Shown here: positions 28,401-37,208 of the stretch, in pieces
How positions within the stretch are numbered: position 1 is the first letter of the stretch
Layout: each line of letters opens with the position of its first letter
Virus record (IMG/VR): IMGVR_UViG_3300020450_000018
Span: 1 to 64,000 of that record
DNA length: 64,000 bases
Direction: 5' to 3' (one strand)
DNA from: a virus
Notes under the pieces: model-generated
Seen by the model: only the letters and a program-made list of their open reading frames with translations
Databases searched by the model: none
What the model was told of the DNA's origin: nothing
Position numbers and translations under genes: made by a program

Positions 28401-31400
28401 TATCCATATCACAGGTAAATGTTAGTGATTCTGGTTGGAAACGAACTGAGTTGGATGTTGTTAAATTATGTGCAGATGCAGTGGTAAATGTAAGATCACC
28501 ATTTGATGGATCGTAAGTAGCATTGGTTGGAGTGAATATACCAATAGGAGCAGCACCAGGTCCGTTTAAAATACTCCAGTCCTCAAATTTAGGAATTGGT
28601 GTAGTTAACGTAATAGGACCATAGATAATTTTGGTTCCATTAGCAAGAGCACTTACAAACGTATGTGGATCAGTATTACTTCCTGCAGGACCAACATTAC
28701 ATGAAATAGTGGTATTACCGCCACTAGAAACTACATTAGTAATTAAGAAACTCTTACCAAATGCAACGTCAGTTCTGTAAGGACCTGCGTCATTACCACC
28801 ACCAGAGTAAGCACAACTAAATGTAAGTGCTTCCTCAGAAAAAGCAATCCTATCTGAGTTTGCTACAGGTGCTACTGCTGGATCTGGAATGACTACTGTC
28901 AATGATCCAGTTTGAGGAACATATGTAGATCCTGTTGGGGTTGTTTGTAAAACGTTTCCGTCTGACCAATTACGCATTGCGTAAATGGCATATAATTTTA
29001 CTCTTTGGAAAGCATAGATTGTTTGTGGTCTTTGTGCTTCTGAGATTCCAGAAAGAACAGTTCCACTGAAATAAGACTCAGCAGCAGAAACAACACCATG
29101 GTTTCCACCTAATACTAAATCTCTTACAAGACCTTTAAGAACAAGTTTAATATCTCTACGACATTTTCTCTGATGAAGATCAGAAAGATTAAGTGTTGGG
29201 TAAGCAGCTTCTGTATCAATAAGTGCTTGATCTGCAATTACATCAGCATTTCTTGCTATTAAATACGCAGCATCTATATATGTGCCAGATGCATTGTTGG
29301 TAATAACATCAACCCAGAGGAATGCTAGAGTGTCAATAGCAGCTGCTACGTTAGCACAAGCAGGAGTTCCTGCTGTAGTATTAACGATAGTTGGATCAGT
29401 ATATCTTGGTGTAGTAGCGTACTGTGTAGCATATAGAGGATCACTAAGAGTTCTATTCTTAATTCTCCAGTTACACATTGCATAAGTTGCTAACTCTCTG
29501 GCATACTCAATAGCACGAGCATTTTGGACAATTTCATCCTCAATGAAGGCAATCTTACCATCAACAATGTATTTTTTAGCTGCGTCAATGATATTATGGT
29601 TAGATCCAAATTCAAGGTCTCTTACTAGAGCGTTTAAGAAGTGAATAACATCTTGCTTACATTGCTCATCACCATCAGTGCCAGTATTATTTCCAGAAGT
29701 TGGGGAACTATATGATGGGTAAATTTTCTGACCTGCACTACAGGATATAAGAATATCTGCTAGTTTAACAACGTCATCCTCAGACAATGCAGAAATAGCA
29801 GCTGCTGTTGTAGTAATTGTAGCTACACCAGTTAAAGAATTATCATATACAAAATTACTGATTGCATATGAGGTTCCACCAAATGTTACTGTACCACCAC
29901 TAACATAGGTGTTTGCATGATCCGTTGTACCTAGATAAATGTCAAATGTGTTAGCAGAGGCGTTAAGATTATATACAGCAAAGTAGTCTTTTGAAAATTG
30001 TTCATTAATTCTACCAACTACCTCTTCTGCAATATAATCTCTATTGTTTCTAATTAACTGACAAGCATCTTGAAATCTTCTTTCTACAGGAGTTGATAAA
30101 GGAAACTTGTTTGGAGAGTTAAGTAGAGATAAAGTAACTACTTTTGAGTATGATTTTACTACAGCAAATTCACTAGGTTGATAATTAGCTGTTGATAATG
30201 AAGGAACCTTTTTAGGAATAACAAATCTTCTTGCTCTTCCATCAGCATCTTCTAATACCTTATAGATTCTTTGCTTTCCATTTAAGAAAGAAAGGTCTGG
30301 ATTAGAAATAGGCATGTTCTCAAGAACAATCTCCTGACCTTCTTTGAATTCATGTGTGTTTGTTCTACCTACAAGAGCACTTGTATAGAAAACAATACCA
30401 CCAAGATCCTCTGCATTACCAAATTGCTCATCTTGGAAACCACCTGTTGCAATACTAGGATCTCCTTGTAGAGAGAAATCAATTCTAGTAATTGGTAGAG
30501 TAGAAATTATATCATCATCATATGATACAACCTCACCCTCAGCTCTAATTGATTTTAGGTTAACAGTATCAATTGTGTTGGTTGTGGGTGTAGCATTATT
30601 AATTGTTACTGTTTCTGTTTGAGAGGTATCCCAACTTGGTGCTCCAAGAATAGGAACAAAAGTAACGTCCCAGTAAGTGGGAGCATTACTATTATTGATA
30701 ACAGAAACTTGATAAAAACCTGATGTGAAGGATGAGTTATCAGTATCGTTTAATTGTACAACATTTCCTACTGGAAGATCAGTTGATGGATCTGCGTTAA
30801 ATCTTAGTGTATTTTCACCAGAAGTAGATGCTACATACGCTCCTGCATCAATTCCTCCTATCGTCGCTGCTCCACCAGCAACTGCTGATGTGATGTAACT
30901 ATATTGATCACCCTCAATGAACGAACCAGAGGTTAATTGTACATCAATAGTACCAGAAACATAAGCATTGGCACCAGTTTCAGAGTTAAAAGTAACACCA
31001 AGAACATTTGCTCTAGCACCTGTGTTCAAACCTAAAACTTGAACTCCAGTTGCAAGAAGATTTAATCCTGTGTTGTTTTGGAAACTAATACGGAATCTAT
31101 CAGGTCCGAATATTTGATGACCAATTGGAAAGTCTACACCAAAATCTCCGTTAACTTCATTGTCAATACAGATTCTTTGCTTATCGTCAAAGACCATAGC
31201 GAAGTCCCATGTACCAACCGCATCACCATTGGAATCAATTTTGTCTCTATATGTTACTCCAGTAACGTAGTTTTTATCTCCAAACTTAAATATATGTTTT
31301 CCTATATTACCTGGTCTAATGATTACCAAACGAAGGTTATCACCAACAACTGAACAATCAGGTGGTAGTGATATTGGGTTGTCCTCTACATAGTCACCAC

Positions 31401-32418
31401 CAGAAACAATCAATGTTTCTTTTACACCAGGTGTTGACCATGCAATCTGCGCTGCCTTTTTAATAGTTCTAACTGGGTTTACAGCAGAACGACCATCATT
31501 AAGATCAGAACCAATTTGTTGAGAAACGTAAACACGACCACCAACATCATTTGTTGCTAGATTAAGGACGTATTCTGTAGTAGCAATTTTATCTGTTCTG
31601 TCACCTAATAGAGGTGTGATAGAACGAGGGAATGTACCAGCTTCTCCAGTCTCTAAGTAATTAAAATCATCTTGATTACTTACTCTGTAACCAATATGTT
31701 TAAAAAGAACTTCACCATTAGCTACAATACCATCTTTATGTTCTGGTGCTAATGATCCTGTAGTTCCTGTATTTGTCGCTTGATATACATTACCAACTGC
31801 ATATCTATATTGATCTTTCTGTACAATAACATTGGCAGCCCATGGCGTACCAGTTCCATTCATGAACGTTTTGAGGTTTGGTGCCCTCATATTCAAGTCT
31901 GGTGTAACAAAATTCTCAACATCAATATTCAGAATTCTCGCAGTATCTGAGATGATAGATGTTGATGTTCTTATAGCACCGTTAATATCAAGTTCAAAGT
32001 CAACAGAGTCAAGGAAAGCAGTTGCAGCTGCACCAGCACCATTACCACCAGTAAAAACTACATTTGGTGCTGTTGTATATCCATTACCAGGATCGTTAAC
32101 AACAACAGATGTCACTCTTCCATTAAAAATTGTAGCAGATGCTTGTGCTGTAGTTCCACCTGCTGGGGGAGCATCAACAACGACTAATGGTGCTTGTGTA
32201 TATCCCGTTCCACCCGTATCTAATTGGATCTTATCAATTCTTTGACCCGTTCTATTAATACCTACACGAGGAAGACCACTGTTAGGGTCTTTCTGAAGGC
32301 GCATAATTTCTTGTTCATCCGCTCCAGTACCTACCCTAATGGTAGCTTCATTATCACCGATAATCTTAGGGTTTACACCCCTAATTTTCTCTTTGTCGGA
32401 ATTAATATGAAAACTCAT
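22486..32418 (-). CDS. Giant tail fibre / virion structural protein (3310 aa)
   Basis: GxGYTxAP repeats, beta-helix-like segments, DADLLDG/DADKLD fibre motifs and a RVGIGN-type C-terminal fibre region; lies in the structural operon. Confidence 0.82.
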   Translation of the reverse strand: MSFHINSDKEKIRGVNPKIIGDNEATIRVGTGADEQEIMRLQKDPNSGLPRVGINRTGQRIDKIQLDTGGTGYTQAPLVVVDAPPAGGTTAQASATIFNGRVTSVVVNDPGNGYTTAPNVVFTGGNGAGAAATAFLDSVDFELDINGAIRTSTSIISDTARILNIDVENFVTPDLNMRAPNLKTFMNGTGTPWAANVIVQKDQYRYAVGNVYQATNTGTTGSLAPEHKDGIVANGEVLFKHIGYRVSNQDDFNYLETGEAGTFPRSITPLLGDRTDKIATTEYVLNLATNDVGGRVYVSQQIGSDLNDGRSAVNPVRTIKKAAQIAWSTPGVKETLIVSGGDYVEDNPISLPPDCSVVGDNLRLVIIRPGNIGKHIFKFGDKNYVTGVTYRDKIDSNGDAVGTWDFAMVFDDKQRICIDNEVNGDFGVDFPIGHQIFGPDRFRISFQNNTGLNLLATGVQVLGLNTGARANVLGVTFNSETGANAYVSGTIDVQLTSGSFIEGDQYSYITSAVAGGAATIGGIDAGAYVASTSGENTLRFNADPSTDLPVGNVVQLNDTDNSSFTSGFYQVSVINNSNAPTYWDVTFVPILGAPSWDTSQTETVTINNATPTTNTIDTVNLKSIRAEGEVVSYDDDIISTLPITRIDFSLQGDPSIATGGFQDEQFGNAEDLGGIVFYTSALVGRTNTHEFKEGQEIVLENMPISNPDLSFLNGKQRIYKVLEDADGRARRFVIPKKVPSLSTANYQPSEFAVVKSYSKVVTLSLLNSPNKFPLSTPVERRFQDACQLIRNNRDYIAEEVVGRINEQFSKDYFAVYNLNASANTFDIYLGTTDHANTYVSGGTVTFGGTSYAISNFVYDNSLTGVATITTTAAAISALSEDDVVKLADILISCSAGQKIYPSYSSPTSGNNTGTDGDEQCKQDVIHFLNALVRDLEFGSNHNIIDAAKKYIVDGKIAFIEDEIVQNARAIEYARELATYAMCNWRIKNRTLSDPLYATQYATTPRYTDPTIVNTTAGTPACANVAAAIDTLAFLWVDVITNNASGTYIDAAYLIARNADVIADQALIDTEAAYPTLNLSDLHQRKCRRDIKLVLKGLVRDLVLGGNHGVVSAAESYFSGTVLSGISEAQRPQTIYAFQRVKLYAIYAMRNWSDGNVLQTTPTGSTYVPQTGSLTVVIPDPAVAPVANSDRIAFSEEALTFSCAYSGGGNDAGPYRTDVAFGKSFLITNVVSSGGNTTISCNVGPAGSNTDPHTFVSALANGTKIIYGPITLTTPIPKFEDWSILNGPGAAPIGIFTPTNATYDPSNGDLTFTTASAHNLTTSNSVRFQPESLTFTCDMDNDATEHKYPKDGQPAYANNLVITATTTNTVTVNVGTSGPNVQFTPTAATYDPATGIMTLEIGTHTLDVGEGVVIADDSLTFRCSQDNFATNHTYPRSTDPISGKSIPITGKTATSITVNVGASSQSDQYTHQFQFATSNAVSHLPQSTHAFVSATADAVSAYSSTSAANNAICAGVESSIDTALELFEDIIDGTTAAGSTTQTFGTLYNTVDIITYPDSFINDTSGQRMAIRSIFDDFPIIEASPYTQNASVISFRGGGGALVDGSKVKQPNCPFPGLEPDGTASFPNQGKSMVAAAFTIVSFGGTGYKVIEDGYTQLVSVFVIFCQDGVLCESGGYASITNSATNFGTFALRGTGFRRECYTFDVGTVNVVSQTPTGRTTLTIGGIGREPLEHYIVKFDGYRNADPEKEFFIDSVSSVTVGPPFSATLTIDDGIGNGLTLIEEATGNTIAGLAALQAALTPSGASNATIKLHRPSIVNSSSHTWEFAGSGTNYLALPENGGTKVEAFEQVSENYGRVYVSGTDELGDFKVGTFARIENRTGNITFTGTVTISEVEFLKLKGGDVVVTGFDNSNTLGGANASDSKLPTQKAVKDYITNNLGPYINKPFSTNAVPRALVELTDSGKISLDQIPALRPFSVFTVADEAARLALEGALAGDIAIQQDTQTSFILNNDLTSLFLGFAVDSTLSFNIGDVFTGTPSTGRIQSTEYRQGVLFKINITDGGSGYTVAPTVTISGGNPSSGSVAATATATIANGEVVTITINENASYIGGLGYTTQPTITIQAPPGAGTQATANALIESRLYGNIVNNIKMLDTDTFDDSSSPSANTINITRVVNTSGFTASNWVSLSSDSVGVSSLTGPGVISTTLLGSEAANSFTFLRGDSRYAKVVQSLKGAETRYFARLAAQASTGSSSFIFQGLSDVLKGHDIVASIAGIAADTTVNGVTVVGGLTTVSFNNPITATIPLGTVIEFNRGASPLIFDSTNTGGDFIDSIVIANGGTGFTDGQYFDVSLDAPAGNNGVDLRANIIVGENGQSGVVTTCTVTNAGSGYTADFQVTPNPTIIGSGSNLVLLAKVATTQKQFANIALDVQRVSDLTISQDLFGTIGVSRYKKSQFNIGDEGNGSVSIKMGPDSGLDADLLDGQQGSYYLNGAFFVDSSIVPDKLASGVYSIDISGRSTNTLRLDTGTSNANANPGPSDAVQGITLQTLFNSSNGLLSAFPSVDTGNSNSAKHLVMTLRNGETGGDATFGGVRQLAFANDDRIYFRGSGDAVTSYGSWYEVWNSGNQGIDSGLDADKLDNKQGVWYQDARNIKLNEIFDTRLPVWRSSTKFRDKIEVSSYGGTDVFYRILVRQNLDISPGGDFETTNTIDLFDVNKISVGDFTITATDQIVDQNDSSNTYTILIGRLASGGNITAAIFLGVAGDEREFEQWEIYDANTIQYAELGNNSGTGFLRLGRYDGNGATNPYIYFNSSQAQAVDTNGNPSYNSAIIADGGNATEGSGTLEFKVVNENELKVNNNIIWNAGNVAFNSANVVSTGSLKSAVQRDTSGNFSAGTITASLTGAASLNVLKSGDTMTGTLTLTGGAGISIQSTGTLSVGSNTTVGGDLTVDTNTLYVDSTDNRVAIGNADPQTKLHIKGDGWESNVVGSGLLRLEDNSTTGAAIALKNANGQYWNIYNGGSSSWAGQGNLGFVYSDGINDPLNYKILFDSSGNILAGADSDQDLGADGTRWQNIYSDITHALNSVRIAKGTANQEADIQLRGGGSGAGGGRGFRLGTNIGGGPDLFEIYASQTNGSDNWKSLATPAGAPALAIQGANNRVGINTNSFSGTDTSTTPNTQRDYILNVEGDMNLNGQFFQNNEEFVTSRWTESANDSGANIYRDSKVGIGNVPSPAYTLDVSGDLNMTGVMRVNGTAQWFDSYGIIRGTNTDIAESVTIPNGSIATSNGPITIVAGGGHVVTIGTGASWTVR

Positions 32419-32453
32419 GGTGTTCCCGTGCTCTTGACTTTTTTCCTATCTTA

Positions 32454-32460
32454 TATTTAG
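32454..32460 (-). promoter_or_regulatory. Late promoter CTAAATA upstream of the fibre gene
   Basis: Motif about 36 nt upstream of ATG 32418. Confidence 0.6.
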
Positions 32461-32462
32461 CA

Positions 32463-32963
32463 TCAAGACCAAGCAATGGTGATAACTTCAGTAGATACTG
32501 CCCATTTAATAGTTTGTACGGTTCCAGATCTAACAGTAGCATAACTAAAACGATTTACAGCTGTAAATGGTACAATCGTCCAAGACTCGCTAACTGGAAT
32601 ATCATCCTTAATGATTGTCAACATACTAGAAAGTTCAGACGTAGCACCAGATCCATTGCAATAAACAGCACTTTCAATTTTTCCAGTATAAACTATTCCT
32701 GATGGATTTACTCCAATAAAATGACCAGTAACAAAGTTCATTGTACTGTTATCAATTGTAATTGTTGTTCCAACTTGATCTAATTGAAGTGTTGCTGTAT
32801 TAACACCTCGTAAAATATAATTTACTGTTTTACTATCACTGTAAAAAGAATTCTTCATCTCAATTGAATTGAGATCTTGTGCATTTCTATCTTTATCAAT
32901 TACAGAAGTCTCTCCAACAGAAAAACCTCCTAATGATTCAAACTCTTTTAAGTTAATTGGCAT
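32463..32963 (-). CDS. Conserved virion structural protein (hypothetical)
   Basis: FESLGGFSV N-terminus; abuts the upstream connector gene; structural operon context. Confidence 0.7.
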   Translation of the reverse strand: MPINLKEFESLGGFSVGETSVIDKDRNAQDLNSIEMKNSFYSDSKTVNYILRGVNTATLQLDQVGTTITIDNSTMNFVTGHFIGVNPSGIVYTGKIESAVYCNGSGATSELSSMLTIIKDDIPVSESWTIVPFTAVNRFSYATVRSGTVQTIKWAVSTEVITIAWS

Positions 32964-35900
32964 TTACTTGATCTCCTGAACTAGTACGGTAAAGTTAATA
33001 ACATCAGAAGTTGCATGATCATTTGTCAAAGTTAAAGTGATCCTTGGTTCTGTGGAGGCAGTAAAATCAAATGTTGCTGTATACTGATCATCAGAAGTAT
33101 TCAAGGAGGCATACTCATTGTGGAAAATATCCGTTCCATTATCTATAACTGCATATTCAGACATAGATCTTTTTCCAGAACTAGATTTAGAAACTACAGT
33201 TACCTTACATCCTTTAGAATTTCCACTTGGATAAAGGATGACAGCAGATGATTCTAAACCACCCTTATCTAGTGCAAAAGTAGAGGATTTAATTTTGTAA
33301 TCTGCTAGCTCAAACTCTTTGAGGTCACCGTCAAGTATTTTAACACCATTAAAACTACCACTACCAAATGTAGTATTAAGATAGACATCACCTTGATTAT
33401 CTAATCTCAATACAGGATCCACATTCAAACCACTAGACAATCCTAAATCTAGATATTGTTTAGATGTATGAACAAATGTTCTAGACGTATCACTATTATC
33501 AATAGTGGTATCGTTAGAATTTAATGTAAAGACCTCTGTTTCAATCGCTAAATTATTTCCACCAGAAGTTGTAACGGTATCAACACCAGTAAAATCTAAT
33601 GCTGTCTCAGTTAATTGGATTGTATTGACATTGTTATTGTAGAAATATAATATATTTTCATTTGCTGCAGGAGAACTCTCAGGAATAATGTATGTGTTTC
33701 CATCAACATCCCTAACTCCACCAAGAGATGACCAGTTTGTTCCACTGTAACCTTCAAATTGTTGAATCTCTGTGTTAAATCTAATTGATCCAGCACCAGG
33801 TAAGGCGATTGATTTTTGATTATTATTACCAGCAGGAATTCTAAAATGAGTTACCGAATCAACAATAACTTGTTTTCCAGCATTTGGTTGAATAATTAAA
33901 TCTTGAACTTGTGTAGATATTTTATTGTCATCAAGTTTAAGTTCTTGACCAATAATTAAAGGACAGTTTTTAAAAGGACCTATTTGAACTTCTTCTGCAT
34001 TATTAAATGTGATTGGAGCTACTGCAAGTTGAGACCAAGTTAGTTCAGCAGTTCCATTGTTTAATGCTCCACTAGTATGTGTTGGTTCACTTCCAACTGA
34101 TGCTGTAGTACCACTTGATGTTACTTCATATAAATTATTTCTATACTTAACATATTGTCCAGTTGTTACAGGAGTGTTTGCTGCCCAAACTGTAAATGAT
34201 GGTATACCTAATTTTACAGAGGATAATTCTTTTACGCCATGAAATTCAAAAGATGATGGTGTAAATCTAACTGTGTTAACAGAATCATTATAGAACCATA
34301 ATGTATTGTCATTTGCACCAGCTGTTAGTTCTGCTAAAATATAAGTATTGCCATCAATATCACGAACACCACCAAGAGAAGACCATGAGGTTGTTGCAGA
34401 ATTATATCCTTCATATTGTCCATTATCTGTATTGAATCTGATCGCACCATCCTCTACCAATCCCGCGCCTGGTCTATCTAATGTAGTTCCTTTTGGAATA
34501 ATTAAAGAGGTCAATCCCTCAACTTTAGCAACTCTATTAGTTGCAGGAGCAAATACAAGATCACTAGTTCCTAATGATTTTATTTTACCAGTATCTTCAA
34601 TTGATACTAAATCATTTACGTTAATTTTATTAGTAGTTTTTATCTCTCCATTTGTATTAACATCTCCAGTAATTTTATTGACAGTAATTGATCCTATTGT
34701 CAAGTTGGAATCAACAGTAACTGATGTTGCTGCAATATTTAAGTTGGTTGAGTTAATTTCAGTGTCTACAGTTAAGATATTTGTAGAAACTGTCTGACTA
34801 GCATTTACTGTACCAACAGTTAGAGAAGATAAAGTTGCAGATGTTCCTGTAAAACTAGTTGAAGTAAAATCACCAGTGAAAACATTTGTCTTAATTGGTT
34901 CTGTCTCTAAAACACCATTAACAGTTAATGTAAATCCAGATCCAAAAGTTTTTGGGTTATTTGGATCTATTGTAATTGTAGCTTCATTATCATCCTCACT
35001 TCCCATATCTGGGTGAACCTCACAATAGTAATATAATGTTGATGGTGTTGATGAAGTTACAGATAAAGTAACATTTGTAGAACTAGTTACTACACCGTCA
35101 GTGTATGGAGCTCCAGTAAATTTAACATCTGATGTTCCTGAGGTATCTACGGGTTTTGATAAGGTAATTGTGTTACCATTGATGGATTGAACCTCAACTC
35201 CGAATGGTAATCCTCCTGTACCACCTGACTCAAGACTAACAAGCATTCCTACTAGAATACCAGTATTAGAAGCAACTGTAATTTGATTGCTATCTGCTGT
35301 TAGAGTAATATTTGATTTGGTTACTGTATTGTGTATACCATCTGGATGAATGGATAACTTAAATGGATGACCACTGTTTGAACCATCAGATATATTAAAA
35401 CTATATTTACTACCAACATAAAATGTTAGATCTGGAGTTAGTGCTTGCCCACTTCCAGTATCAAGAAAATATTTATTTTTATTATTGACAGTATTTGTAG
35501 TATATGGAACTGTAGGTGCAGCACTTCTTACTAGAGTGTCACCATTTGAAATTCCTGCTGGTTCTGTAATTAAGTAAGAAAGATTACCACCAGATTCAAC
35601 AACTTTATAAATGCCAACCGCTAAACCACCAGCAGATACTGTATCAATGGTTAGTGTAATATTATCAGCAGGAGAAGATCCACCTACTAAATTACCTGCA
35701 ATTGTAATCGCATCAGCTGCTGTATAGAAAGCACCACCTAAGTTAACAGTAACACCAACAATTGCTCCATCAAAACCTCTTGATACATCAAATGTGACAC
35801 CAGATCCCGTTCCACCAGTTCCAGCTACTGCTGTATATGTGTTGTTTGCCTCTCCAGCAATAGTTGTCTCAACTGTTACTGATAGAGTTTCAGCTACCCC

Positions 35901-37007
35901 ACCAGGCGTTTGTACAGTATCAGATGTAGTAAATGTTCCAGCAGATATAGCACCAGTAAAAGTAATTACAGAAACTGGATTAACATAGTTTACAATATTA
36001 ACTGGTTGAGTTAAATCACCAGGATTTACACTTAAGATATCATTTGGAGCGTAACCAATTCCAGAATTGTTTATTGTAACTGCTGTAATAAATCCAATAC
36101 TTCCTATAGTAAAAGAAAAATTAGAACCAGTATTATAACCATCAAAATTTGGATCTACTCCTAATACATCACCTGTTGTGTAACCAGATCCAGCAGAAAA
36201 TATAGTGCAATCGGTAATTACGCCAGGAAAAGTAGTTACAGTTACAGCAAAATTAGAACCAGAACCAACACCATCAAAAGCAGGATCTACTGATAATACA
36301 TCTCCGTTCGTATATCCAGTACCAGTGCTAGACAATGTTACTGCAGTGATCTCTCCATTACCAACAGAAAATCCTACTTCTGCTCCGTTTCCAGTACCAC
36401 CCGTCAGAGGAATATTACTATAAAAACCATCAGCGTAACCGCTACCACCATCAGTCAACTCAATTTCGGTATCATCAACTGTGATTGAAACTTCTAAACC
36501 AGAACCAGTTCCACCTGTTAAGGAAACACCATTGTATTGACCAGGATAATATCCAGAACCACCATTTGTAAGAGTTCCCTCAGCTCCAGTTACTGTAATA
36601 TCTCCTGTGCCAAGTTGACCAGAACCACCTGTGAAAGGAATGTCATTATAAGAACCTGCATCATAATTTTGACCAGCGTCAGTAATTGTAATTTGAGAAG
36701 ATGTTAATTCTTTTTTTACTAACTTGTAATCGTTATACCACTTACCTCCATCAAGAGTTAAATCTAATATATTTTTTTCTCCAGATACAAATCCTAGTGT
36801 ACCCAAACTAGGTCTGTAAATACCTAATTTTGTATCATTGACAAATCCTAATGATGGAGTAACTCGTGTACCATCACCAAGTTTTAAATTACCTGTGGAA
36901 AGATCACTTCCTCCTTGAGAAATGTTAAAAATTTGATCACCAATCTGGTTGATCTTTTGCCTCTGACGTTCAAAGGTATCAGTTTTTGCGACATTAATTG
37001 CTGGCAT
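32964..37007 (-). CDS. Baseplate wedge / tail-fibre connector-like protein (gp9/gp10-like)
   Basis: MPAINVAKTDTFERQRQKIN N-terminus, GGSGY repeats and a duplicated IRFNT..EGY..WSSLGGVRD.DGNTYI module. Confidence 0.72.
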   Translation of the reverse strand: MPAINVAKTDTFERQRQKINQIGDQIFNISQGGSDLSTGNLKLGDGTRVTPSLGFVNDTKLGIYRPSLGTLGFVSGEKNILDLTLDGGKWYNDYKLVKKELTSSQITITDAGQNYDAGSYNDIPFTGGSGQLGTGDITVTGAEGTLTNGGSGYYPGQYNGVSLTGGTGSGLEVSITVDDTEIELTDGGSGYADGFYSNIPLTGGTGNGAEVGFSVGNGEITAVTLSSTGTGYTNGDVLSVDPAFDGVGSGSNFAVTVTTFPGVITDCTIFSAGSGYTTGDVLGVDPNFDGYNTGSNFSFTIGSIGFITAVTINNSGIGYAPNDILSVNPGDLTQPVNIVNYVNPVSVITFTGAISAGTFTTSDTVQTPGGVAETLSVTVETTIAGEANNTYTAVAGTGGTGSGVTFDVSRGFDGAIVGVTVNLGGAFYTAADAITIAGNLVGGSSPADNITLTIDTVSAGGLAVGIYKVVESGGNLSYLITEPAGISNGDTLVRSAAPTVPYTTNTVNNKNKYFLDTGSGQALTPDLTFYVGSKYSFNISDGSNSGHPFKLSIHPDGIHNTVTKSNITLTADSNQITVASNTGILVGMLVSLESGGTGGLPFGVEVQSINGNTITLSKPVDTSGTSDVKFTGAPYTDGVVTSSTNVTLSVTSSTPSTLYYYCEVHPDMGSEDDNEATITIDPNNPKTFGSGFTLTVNGVLETEPIKTNVFTGDFTSTSFTGTSATLSSLTVGTVNASQTVSTNILTVDTEINSTNLNIAATSVTVDSNLTIGSITVNKITGDVNTNGEIKTTNKINVNDLVSIEDTGKIKSLGTSDLVFAPATNRVAKVEGLTSLIIPKGTTLDRPGAGLVEDGAIRFNTDNGQYEGYNSATTSWSSLGGVRDIDGNTYILAELTAGANDNTLWFYNDSVNTVRFTPSSFEFHGVKELSSVKLGIPSFTVWAANTPVTTGQYVKYRNNLYEVTSSGTTASVGSEPTHTSGALNNGTAELTWSQLAVAPITFNNAEEVQIGPFKNCPLIIGQELKLDDNKISTQVQDLIIQPNAGKQVIVDSVTHFRIPAGNNNQKSIALPGAGSIRFNTEIQQFEGYSGTNWSSLGGVRDVDGNTYIIPESSPAANENILYFYNNNVNTIQLTETALDFTGVDTVTTSGGNNLAIETEVFTLNSNDTTIDNSDTSRTFVHTSKQYLDLGLSSGLNVDPVLRLDNQGDVYLNTTFGSGSFNGVKILDGDLKEFELADYKIKSSTFALDKGGLESSAVILYPSGNSKGCKVTVVSKSSSGKRSMSEYAVIDNGTDIFHNEYASLNTSDDQYTATFDFTASTEPRITLTLTNDHATSDVINFTVLVQEIK

Positions 37008-37200
37008 TTTTAATTAACTCTCTAAGTAAAAATTTGATCTCAGAAACTTCATTCTTCAACATATTTATGTCGTCCAACGCGGAACCAAGCTGTTTTGACT
37101 TACGTCTTGCAGCTATTGCAGAATCGTCTAGATTGATTATGGCACCAGTGTTTTTGTCTCTTACAAGACCATCATGCCCTTCAACTTTAATAAAGTCCAT
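36994..37200 (-). CDS. Small conserved hypothetical protein
   Basis: IKVEGHDGLVRDKNTGAIIN...DDINMLKNEVSEIK; located in the structural operon. Confidence 0.8.
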   Translation of the reverse strand: MDFIKVEGHDGLVRDKNTGAIINLDDSAIAARRKSKQLGSALDDINMLKNEVSEIKFLLRELIKNASN

Positions 37201-37208
37201 ACGCGGAA

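Noticed and set aside
21456-32418. Diversity-generating retroelement or invertible cassette acting on the fibre/adhesin
   Set aside because: No reverse transcriptase or invertase gene and no near-identical template/variable repeat pair seen in this window.
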